Of a DNA stretch of 64,000 nucleotides, positions 52,799 through 64,000 are shown piece after piece. The position numbers and the translations under genes are program-made. A model generated the notes under the pieces. It saw only the letters and a program-made list of their open reading frames with translations, did no database searches and was not told where the DNA came from. Each line of letters starts with the position of its first letter. The stretch's first letter is position 1. The stretch is from Eledone cirrhosa (Eukaryota), in the NCBI GenBank assembly GCA_964016885.1, contig OZ024748.1, positions 29,078,001 through 29,142,000 on the forward strand, written 5' to 3'.

Positions 52799-53499
52799 CA
52801 TATATATATATATATATATTCCCATATGCAGCGGCTGAGCCATACATCTAGTATGTGCTACCTTCCTTTCCATCACCCCTCCCATACACCTCCCACATCC
52901 TAACAACCCACGCCTAGATCTACTTCACCAGTTCTCGTGCACCTTCCCCACTCCAGTTCCCAATCCACACTATAATATGGTCGTCTTGATGCCACGGTAT
53001 CGAGTGCGCAATCCATACTGTAAAGTGGTCATGTTGGTGACACGATAAAATGTGCACAGCCTACACTGTAAAATAGTCATGTAGGTGTCATGATGAAAAA
53101 CCCCAATAGACACTGTAAATGGGTTGGTGTTAGGAAGTGCATCCAGCTGTAGAAACCAAGCCAAAATTAGTTCTGTGTGAGCAAAACACGGTCATTCAAC
53201 TTGGCTTCTCTCACAACGGGACAGTTCGTCTAACCCATGCTAATGTGGAAAATGGACATTAAATGATGATGATGTACAAAGAAATTTGGCAGTTGTGTAC
53301 ATGTATATTTGTTAAACTATTAGTCATGATAAAATGTTTCCAGTACAAAACAAGCACAAAATAGAGCATATGAGTATGACTTGGTCACCTGACCAATTTA
53401 GCCACCAGAAGTTATGGTCAATCTAACCCATGTAAGCATGGAAAATAGACATTAATCGAAGATTATGATGATATATTTGTGTGTGTGTGCTATTTGCAG

Positions 53500-53604
53500 A
53501 GAAGAAAGACCGAAAGAGAGATGACAGAAGTAGGAGAATATCCAGCAGGAGAGATGACAGAAGACATAACAGCAGCAGCAGAAGTAGTTACCATAGAACA
53601 TCAG
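53500..53604 (+). CDS. SAFB: SAFB-like exon 13 (R/D/S-rich)
   Basis: tttgcag acceptor and cag|gtcagt donor; EKKDRKRDDRSRRISSRRDDRRH; phase 1 to 1. Confidence 0.8.
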
Positions 53605-53766
53605 GTCAGTCTCCCTTAACACTTCTCTGTCAGTGTGTCTGTTATCCTTATACAAGACACTTAACTTTACTTTATCTAAAGACAATATGGTGATAGATAT
53701 ATATGTCTGGACTTCACTTCAAACATTCAACTATTATTTGTAAGTTGTTTTATGTAAATATTTCAG

Positions 53767-54095
53767 ATAAATCTCATGTGTCTACATCAAGTAGGGGTAC
53801 AAGTAAACCAGGTACAAGTAAACCAGATGCAAGTAAACCAGGTACAAGTAAACCAGATACAAGTAAACCAGATACAAGTAAACCAAGTACAAATAAACCA
53901 GGTACAAGTTCAAGATCTGTTACAAAAGAGGGCTCTGAGAAAGGTGTAAAACCTTTATCACCTTCAAACACTAAAGAGAAGGTTGCCAACCCAGAAAAGC
54001 CTGAACCAGGTGAACCAACTGCCACAACTGAAACTACAAAAGATAAAAGTGGCAAAGATGCCAAGAAGGATATTTTATCATTTGATAGAATAAAA
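53767..54095 (+). CDS. SAFB: SAFB-like exon 14; gene continues beyond the window
   Basis: tttcag acceptor and aaa|gtaagt donor. Contains TSKP pentapeptide repeats and ends KDILSFDRIK, the SAFB motif preceding the E/R coiled coil. Confidence 0.87.
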
Positions 54096-54307
54096 GTAAG
54101 TACTATTTTGTGTATGTCTTGTAGTGTGTCTAGTCAGGTGTGACTTGTATGGTTTGGTGTATTACTTGAGGAATATGTTTTAGTGTGACTAAGTGAATGG
54201 CTTCCTGTAATTAAGGGGTGTGCCTTGGTGTGACTTGTGGGTTCAGTTTGGTAGTTAGTATCACTAATTCCACCCTCAAACTAGAGCAGTTAACATTACT
54301 AATTCTA

Positions 54308-55477
54308 CAACCACAGGAAACAAGCACTACCAGATTTTGGGAGAGCTCGGTAGAAACAGTAGACAACTTCTGCTACCTAGGTGACCCAATTAACAGCTGA
54401 GGTGGGTGTTTGAAAAGGGTAAGAACGGGATGGAAGAAGTTCAGGGAGTTACTACCACTGCTAGCTGCAAAAGGCTTTTCCCTCAAATTGAAAGGCAGAC
54501 TGTATGATGTGTGCATACAAATAGCAATGCTGCATGGTAGTGAGACATGGGCATTGTGTGCAGAAGACTTGCGTAAATTGGAAAGAAATGAAGCTTGCTA
54601 CTCCAATGGATGTGTAATAGTAATATATGAGGATGGAGAAGAATAAACAAACAGAGAAACTAAGCATAAGATGAATCAAATGCTGTGTGCAGGAGAGGAG
54701 ACTGCATTGGTATGGACATGTGGTGAGTATGAAGGATGATAGCTGCATAAAAAGGTGCAGAGCACTCAAAGTCGATTGGAGCCTTGGAGTTAGGAGACCT
54801 AGAAAGACTTGGGATGAGGTGATAAAAGCTGACCTTGTTCAGTTGCATCTCTCAAAGGTGATGACATAGAACTGAGATGTCTGGCGTTATGCAGTGATAT
54901 AGAAGACCCAACTCTCCACAGGCACAGGCCGAAGGTGAAGCATATATTCAGTATGTATGACCACACCCTCCCATACATCTCCCTTGAGGGCAGTACGAAG
55001 TATGCATCTATTGAAGCCCCCAGCCACTCTGTAAAGTGTTCATGATTGTGACAGGGCAAAAAGCACCCAGCCCACACTGTAAAGTGGTCATGTTGGTGAC
55101 ACAACCAAAGCACCCAGCCGACACTGTAAAGTGGTTGTGTTGGTGACGCAACCAAAGCACCCAGTCCACACTGTAAAGTGGTCGTGTTGGTGCAACAACC
55201 AAAGCACCCAGCCGACACTGTAAAGTGGTCGTGTTGGTGAAACAACCAAAGCACCCACTCCACACTGTAAAGTGGTTGTGCTGGTGACTCGACAAAAAAG
55301 CACCCAGTACTCACTATAAATGAAGTAAGGAATGGCATACAGCTGTAGAAATCAAGCCAAAATCATATCTGTATGTGCAAGACATGGTCACCTGAACTAG
55401 CTTTGCCCACAAGACAGCACGTCTAAACTATGCTAGCATGGGAAAATTTACGTAAAACAGTGTTGATTATGATGATG
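54308..55477 (+). mobile_element. 5'-truncated RTE-type LINE with a 7-bp target-site duplication
   Basis: RTGWKKFRELLPLL and QERRLHWYGHV, ~43-bp cactgtaaagtgg tandem units at 55060-55310, and a GAT tail. AATTCTA flanks it at 54301-54307 and 55478-55484. Confidence 0.82.
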
Positions 55478-55490
55478 AATTCTAGCTTTC

Positions 55491-58400
55491 AAACTACAGT
55501 AGTTAGAATCACTAACTCCACCCTGAAACTACAGTAGTTAGAATCACTAACTCCACCCTGAAACTACAGTAGTTAGAATCACTAACTCCACCCTGAAACT
55601 ACAGTAGTTAGTATCACTAACTCCACCCTGAAACTTCAGTAGTTAGTATCACTAACTCCACCCTAAAACTACAGTAGTTAGAATCACTAACTCCACCCTG
55701 AAACTACAGTAGTTAGAATCACTAACTCCACCCTGAAACTACAGTAGTTAGTATCACTAACTCCACCCTGAAACTACAGTAGTTAGTATCACTAACTCTA
55801 CCCTGAAACTACAGTAGTTAGTATCACTAACTTCACCCTGAAACTACAGTAGTTAGAATCACTAACTCCACCCTAAAACTACAGTAGTTAGAATCACTAA
55901 CTCCACCCTAAAACTTCAGTAGTTAGTATCACTAACTCCACCCTAAAACTACAGTAGTTAGAATCACTAACTCCACCCTGAAACTACAGTAGTTAGAATC
56001 ACTAACTCCACCCTGAAACTTCAGTAGTTAGTATCACTAACTCCACCCTGAAACTACAGTTGTTAGAATCACTAACTCCACCCTGAAACTACAGTTGTTA
56101 GAATCACTAACTCCACCCTGAAACTACAGTAGTTAGAATCACTAACTCCACCCTGAAACTACAGTAGTTAGTATCACTAACTCCACCCTGAAACTACAGT
56201 AGTTAGTATCACTAACTCCACCCTGAAACTACAGTAGTTAGTATCACTAACTCTACCCTAAAACTACAGTAGTTAGTATCACTAAGTTCACCCTGAAACT
56301 ACAGTAGTTAGAATCACTAACTCCACCCTAAAACTACAGTAGTTAGAATCACTAACTCCACCCTGAAACTACAGTAGTTAGTATCACTAACTCCACCCTG
56401 AAACTTCAGTAGTTAGTATCACTAACTCCACCCTAAAACTATTTTAGTTAGTATCACTAACTCCACCCTAAAACTATTTTAGTTAGTATCACTAACTCTA
56501 CCCTAAAACTACAGTAGTTAGAATCACTAACTCCACCCTAAAACTACAGTAGTTAGTATCACTAACTCCACCCTGAAACTACAATAGTTAGTATCACTAA
56601 CTCCACCCTGAAACTACAGTAGTTAGTATCACTAACTCCACCCTGAAACTACAGTAGTTAGTATCACTAACTCCACCCTGAAACTTCAGTAGTTAGAATC
56701 ACTAACTCCACCCTGAAACTTCAGTAGTTAGAATCACTAACTCCACCCTGAAACTACAGTAGTTAGAATCACTAACTCCACCCTAAAACTACAGTAGTTA
56801 GAATCACTAACTCCACCCTAAAACTACAGTAGTTAGTATCACTAACTCCACCCTAAAACTACAGTAGTTAGAATCACTAACTCCACCCTAAAACTTCAGT
56901 AGTTAGTATCACTAACTTCACCCTGAAACTACAGTAGTTAGTATCACTAACTCCACCCTAAAACTACAGTAGTTAGAATCACTAACTCCACCCTGAAACT
57001 ACAGTAGTTAGAATCACTAACTCCACCCTGAAACTACAGTAGTTAGTATCACTAACTCCACCCTGAAACTACAGTAGTTAGTATCACTAACTCTACCCTA
57101 AAACTACAGTAGTTAGTATCACTAACTCCACCCTGAAACTACAGTAGTTAGTATCACTAACTCTACCCTAAAACTACAGTAGTTAGTATCACTAACTTCA
57201 CCCTGAAACTACAGTAGTTAGTATCACTAACTCCACCCTAAAACTACAGTAGTTAGAATCACTAACTCCACCCTAAAACTTCAGTAGTTAGTATCACTAA
57301 CTCCACCCTGAAACTACAGTTGTTAGTATCACTAACTCCACCATGAAACTACAGTAGTTAGTATCACTAACTCCACCCTAAAACTACAGTAGTTAGAATC
57401 ACTAACTCCACCCTAAAACTTCAGTAGTTAGTATCACTAACTCCACCCTGAAACTACAGTTGTTAGAATCACTAACTCCACCCTGAAACTACAGTTGTTA
57501 GAATCACTAACTCCACCCTGAAACTACAGTAGTTAGAATCACTAACTCCACCCTGAAACTACAGTAGTTAGTATCACTAACTCCACCCTGAAACTACAGT
57601 AGTTAGTATCACTAACTCCACCCTGAAACTACAGTAGTTAGTATCACTAACTCTACCCTAAAACTACAGTAGTTAGTACCACTAACTTCACCCTGAAACT
57701 ACAGTAGTTAGAATCACTAACTCCACCCTAAAACTACAGTAGTTAGAATCACTAACTCCACCCTGAAACTACAGTAGTTAGTATCACTAACTCCACCCTG
57801 AATCTTCAGTAGTTAGAATCACTAACTCCACCCTGAAACTACAGTAGTTAGTATCACTAACTCCACCCTAAAACTATTTTAGTTAGTATCACTAACTCCA
57901 CCCTGAAACTTCAGTAGTTAGAATCACTAACTCCATCCTGAAACTACAGTAGTTAGTATCACTAACTCCACCCTAAAACTACAGTAGTTAGTATCACTAA
58001 CTCCACCCTGAAACTACAGTAGTTAGTATCACTAACTCCACCCTAAAACTACAGTAGTTAGTATCACTAACTCCACCCTGAAACTTCAGTAGTTAGAATC
58101 ACTAACTCCACCCTGAAACTTCAGTAGTTAGAATCACTAACTCCACCCTGAAACTACAGTAGTTAGTATCACTAACTCCACCCTAAAACTACAGTAGTTA
58201 GTATCACTAACTCCACCCTGAAACTACAGTAGTTAGTATCACTAACTCCACCCTAAAACTACAGTAGTTAGTATCACTAACTCCACCCTAAAACTATTTT
58301 AGTTAGTATCACTAACTCCACCCTGAAACTACAGTAGTTAGTATCACTAACTCCACCCTAAAACTACAGTAGTTAGAATCACTAACTCCACCCTAAAACT

Positions 58401-61400
58401 TCAGTAGTTAGTATCACTAACTCCACCCTGAAACTACAGTTGTTAGAATCACTAACTCCACCCTGAAACTACAGTTGTTAGAATCACTAACTCCACCCTG
58501 AAACTACAGTAGTTAGAATCACTAACTCCACCCTGAAACTATAGTAGTTAGTATCACTAACTCCACCCTGAAACTACAGTAGTTAGTATCACTAACTCCA
58601 CCCTGAAACTACAGTTGTTAGAATCACTAACTCCACCCTGAAACTACAGTAGTTAGTATCACTAACTCTACCCTGAAACTACAGTAGTTAGTATCACTAA
58701 CTTCACCCTGAAACTACAGTAGTTAGAATCACTAACTCCACCCTAAAACTACAGTAGTTAGAATCACTAACTCCACCCTAAAACTACAGTAGTTAGTATC
58801 ACTAACTCCACCCTAAAACTACAGTAGTTAGAATCACTAACTCCACCCTAAAACTTCAGTAGTTAGTATCACTAACTCCACCCTAAAACTACAGTAGTTA
58901 GAATCACTAACTCCACCCTGAAACTACAGTAGTTAGAATCACTAACTCCACCCTGAAACTACAGTAGTTAGTATCACTAACTCCACCCTGAAACTACAGT
59001 AGTTAGTATCACTAACTCTACCCTAAAACTACAGTAGTTAGTATCACTAACTCCACCCTGAAACTACAGTAGTTAGTATCACTAACTCTACCCTAAAACT
59101 ACAGTAGTTAGTATCACTAACTTCACCCTGAAACTACAGTAGTTAGTATCACTAACTCCACCCTAAAACTACAGTAGTTAGAATCACTAACTCCACCCTA
59201 AAACTTCAGTAGTTAGTATCACTAACTCCACCCTGAAACTACAGTTGTTAGAATCACTAACTCCACCCTGAAACTACAGTTGTTAGAATCACTAACTCCA
59301 CCCTGAAACTACAGTAGTTAGAATCACTAACTCCACCCTGAAACTACAGTAGTTAGTATCACTAACTCCACCCTGAAACTACAGTAGTTAGTATCATTAA
59401 CTCCACCCTGAAACTACAGTAGTTAGTATCACTAACTCCACCCTGAAACTACAGTAGTTAGTATCACTAACTCCACCCTGAAACTACAGTAGTTAGAATC
59501 ACTAACTCCACCCTGAAACTACAGTAGTTAGTATCACTAACTCCACCCTGAAACTTCAGTAGTTAGTATCACTAACTCCACCCTAAAACTATTTTAGTTA
59601 GTATCACTAACTCCACCCTGAAACTACAGTAGTTAGTATCAATAACACCACCCTGAAACTACAGTAGTTAGTATCACTAACTCCACCTGAAACTACAGTA
59701 GTTAGTATCACTAACTCTACCCTAAAACTACAGTAGTTAGAATCACTAACTCCACCCTGAAACTACAGTAGTTAGTATCACTAACTCCACCCTGAAACTT
59801 CAGTAGTTAGTATCACTAACTCCACCCTAAAACTATTTTAGTTAGTATCACTAACTCCACCCTAAAACTACAGTAGTTAGAATCACTAACTCCACCCTAA
59901 AACTACAGTAGTTAGTATCACTAACTCCACCCTGAAACTACAATAGTTAGTATCACTAACTCCACCCTGAAACTACAGTAGTTAGTATCACTAACTCCAC
60001 CCTAAAACTACAGTAGTTAGTATCACTAACTCCACCCTGAAACTTCAGTAGTTAGAATCACTAACTCCACCCTGAAACTACAGTAGTTAGTATCACTAAC
60101 TCCACCCTAAAACTACAGTAGTTAGTATCACTAACTCCACCCTGAAACTACAGTAGTTAGTATCACTAACTCCACCCTAAAACTACAGTAGTTAGTATCA
60201 CTAACTCCACCCTGAAACTTCAGTAGTTAGAATCACTAACTCCACCCTGAAACTTCAGTAGTTAGAATCACTAACTCCACCCTGAAACTACAGTAGTTAG
60301 TATCACTAACTCCACCCTAAAACTACAGTAGTTAGTATCACTAACTCCACCCTGAAACTTCAGTAGTTAGAATCACTAACTCCACCCTGAAACTTCAGTA
60401 GTTAGAATCACTAACTCCACCCTGAAACTACAGTAGTTAGAATCACTAACTCCACCCTGAAACTACAGTAGTTAGTATCACTAACTCCACCCTAAAACTA
60501 CAGTAGTTAGTACCACTAACTCCACCCTGAAACTACAGTAGTTAGAATCACTAACTCCACCCTAAAACTACAGTAGTTAGTATCACTAACTCCACCCTGA
60601 AACTACAGTAGTTAGAATCACTAACTCCACCCTGAAACTACAGTAGTTAGTATCACTAACTCTACCCTAAAACTACAGTAGTTAGTATCACTAACTTCAC
60701 CCTGAAACTACAGTAGTTAGAATCACTAACTCCACCCTAAAACTACAGTAGTTAGAATCACTAACTCCACCCTGAAACTACAGTAGTTAGTATCACTAAC
60801 TCCACCCTGAAACTTCAGTAGTTAGTATCACTAACTCCACCCTAAAACTATTTTAGTTAGTATCACTAACTCCACCCTAAAACTACAGTAGTTAGAATCA
60901 CTAACTCCACCCTAAAACTACAGTAGTTAGTATCACTAACTCCACCCTGAAACTACAATAGTTAGTATCACTAACTCCACCCTGAAACTACAGTAGTTAG
61001 TATCACTAACTCCACCCTAAAACTACAGTAGTTAGTATCACTAACTCCACCCTGAAACTTCAGTAGTTAGAATCACTAACTCCACCCTGAAACTACAGTA
61101 GTTAGTATCACTAACTCCACCCTAAAACTACAGTAGTTAGTATCACTAACTCCACCCTGAAACTACAGTAGTTAGTATCACTAACTCCACCCTGAAACTA
61201 CAGTAGTTAGTATCACTAACTCCATCCTGAAACTTCAGTAGTTAGAATCACTAACTCCACCCTGAAACTTCAGTAGTTAGAATCACTAACTCCACCGTAA
61301 AACTACAGTAGTTAGTATCACTAACTCCACCCTGAAACTTCAGTAGTTAGAATCACTAACTCCACCCTGAAACTTCAGTAGTTAGAATCACTAACTCCAC

Positions 61401-64000
61401 CCTGAAACTACAGTAGTTAGTATCACTAACTCCACCCTAAAACTACAGTAGTTAGTATCACTAACTCCACCCTGAAACTACAGTTGTTAGAATCACTAAC
61501 TCCACCCTGAAACTACAGTTGTTAGAATCACTAACTCCACCCTGAAACTACAGTAGTTAGAATCACTAACTCCACCCTGAAACTATAGTAGTTAGTATCA
61601 CTAACTCCACCCTGAAACTACAGTAGTTAGTATCACTAACTCCACCCTGAAACTACAGTTGTTAGAATCACTAACTCCACCCTGAAACTACAGTAGTTAG
61701 TATCACTAACTCTACCCTGAAACTACAGTAGTTAGTATCACTAACTTCACCCTGAAACTACAGTAGTTAGAATCACTAACTCCACCCTAAAACTACAGTA
61801 GTTAGAATCACTAACTCCACCCTAAAACTACAGTAGTTAGTATCACTAACTCCACCCTAAAACTACAGTAGTTAGAATCACTAACTCCACCCTAAAACTT
61901 CAGTAGTTAGTATCACTAACTCCACCCTAAAACTACAGTAGTTAGAATCACTAACTCCACCCTGAAACTACAGTAGTTAGAATCACTAACTCCACCCTGA
62001 AACTACAGTAGTTAGTATCACTAACTCCACCCTGAAACTACAGTAGTTAGTATCACTAACTCTACCCTAAAACTACAGTAGTTAGTATCACTAACTCCAC
62101 CCTGAAACTACAGTAGTTAGTATCACTAACTCTACCCTAAAACTACAGTAGTTAGTATCACTAACTTCACCCTGAAACTACAGTAGTTAGTATCACTAAC
62201 TCCACCCTAAAACTACAGTAGTTAGAATCACTAACTCCACCCTAAAACTTCAGTAGTTAGTATCACTAACTCCACCCTGAAACTACAGTTGTTAGAATCA
62301 CTAACTCCACCCTGAAACTACAGTTGTTAGAATCACTAACTCCACCCTGAAACTACAGTAGTTAGAATCACTAACTCCACCCTGAAACTACAGTAGTTAG
62401 TATCACTAACTCCACCCTGAAACTACAGTAGTTAGTATCATTAACTCCACCCTGAAACTACAGTAGTTAGTATCACTAACTCCACCCTGAAACTACAGTA
62501 GTTAGTATCACTAACTCCACCCTGAAACTACAGTAGTTAGAATCACTAACTCCACCCTGAAACTACAGTAGTTAGTATCACTAACTCCACCCTGAAACTT
62601 CAGTAGTTAGTATCACTAACTCCACCCTAAAACTATTTTAGTTAGTATCACTAACTCCACCCTGAAACTACAGTAGTTAGTATCAATAACACCACCCTGA
62701 AACTACAGTAGTTAGTATCACTAACTCCACCTGAAACTACAGTAGTTAGTATCACTAACTCTACCCTAAAACTACAGTAGTTAGAATCACTAACTCCACC
62801 CTGAAACTACAGTAGTTAGTATCACTAACTCCACCCTGAAACTTCAGTAGTTAGTATCACTAACTCCACCCTAAAACTATTTTAGTTAGTATCACTAACT
62901 CCACCCTAAAACTACAGTAGTTAGAATCACTAACTCCACCCTAAAACTACAGTAGTTAGTATCACTAACTCCACCCTGAAACTACAATAGTTAGTATCAC
63001 TAACTCCACCCTGAAACTACAGTAGTTAGTATCACTAACTCCACCCTAAAACTACAGTAGTTAGTATCACTAACTCCACCCTGAAACTTCAGTAGTTAGA
63101 ATCACTAACTCCACCCTGAAACTACAGTAGTTAGTATCACTAACTCCACCCTAAAACTACAGTAGTTAGTATCACTAACTCCACCCTGAAACTACAGTAG
63201 TTAGTATCACTAACTCCACCCTAAAACTACAGTAGTTAGTATCACTAACTCCACCCTGAAACTTCAGTAGTTAGAATCACTAACTCCACCCTGAAACTTC
63301 AGTAGTTAGAATCACTAACTCCACCCTGAAACTACAGTAGTTAGTATCACTAACTCCACCCTAAAACTACAGTAGTTAGTATCACTAACTCCACCCTGAA
63401 ACTTCAGTAGTTAGAATCACTAACTCCACCCTGAAACTTCAGTAGTTAGAATCACTAACTCCACCCTGAAACTACAGTAGTTAGAATCACTAACTCCACC
63501 CTGAAACTACAGTAGTTAGTATCACTAACTCCACCCTAAAACTACAGTAGTTAGTACCACTAACTCCACCCTGAAACTACAGTAGTTAGAATCACTAACT
63601 CCACCCTAAAACTACAGTAGTTAGTATCACTAACTCCACCCTGAAACTACAGTAGTTAGAATCACTAACTCCACCCTGAAACTACAGTAGTTAGTATCAC
63701 TAACTCTACCCTAAAACTACAGTAGTTAGTATCACTAACTTCACCCTGAAACTACAGTAGTTAGAATCACTAACTCCACCCTAAAACTACAGTAGTTAGA
63801 ATCACTAACTCCACCCTGAAACTACAGTAGTTAGTATCACTAACTCCACCCTGAAACTTCAGTAGTTAGTATCACTAACTCCACCCTAAAACTATTTTAG
63901 TTAGTATCACTAACTCCACCCTAAAACTACAGTAGTTAGAATCACTAACTCCACCCTAAAACTACAGTAGTTAGTATCACTAACTCCACCCTGAAACTAC
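55491..64000. repeat. 35-bp satellite array, about 243 monomers, running off the window
   Basis: Unit AAACT(A/T)CAGTAGTTAG(T/A)ATCACTAACTCCACCCT(G/A), highly homogeneous. Confidence 0.98.

Noticed and set aside
55491-64000. CRISPR-like array of 35-bp palindromic repeats
   Set aside because: Units are directly adjacent with no unique spacers, there are no cas genes, and the context is eukaryotic.
55491-64000. Telomeric repeat tract
   Set aside because: CCCTAA appears at most once per 35-bp unit and only in some units. There is no (TTAGGG)n run.

Overview
AT-rich, repeat-dense eukaryotic DNA. The repeat content suggests a mollusc, probably an octopus; this is inferred, not searched. The main gene is a + strand SAFB/SLTM-family (scaffold attachment factor B) gene. 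I assembled 14 GT-AG exons by hand from 15450 to 54095. They give 641 stop-free codons with an N-terminal SAP domain, an acidic linker, an RRM and the ILSFDRIK motif, and the gene continues past the window. Upstream on the same strand are three phase-compatible terminal exons (4828-10486) of what appears to be a second SAFB-like copy carrying in-frame stops. An orphan duplicate of the promoter and SAP exon lies at 12530-12848, attached to a 106-bp-arm palindrome with two CTCF-like motifs. The locus therefore looks like a tandem SAFB cluster. Introns hold a CsRn1-type Gypsy element, a near-intact CR1/L2-type LINE, many RTE-type LINE fragments, Penelope-like remnants, maT (DD37D) and mariner elements, Helitrons, SINEs, hairpins and minisatellites. 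The last 8.5 kb is a 35-bp satellite with a 3044-bp (87-monomer) internal duplication. All calls come from reading the sequence; family names need database confirmation.
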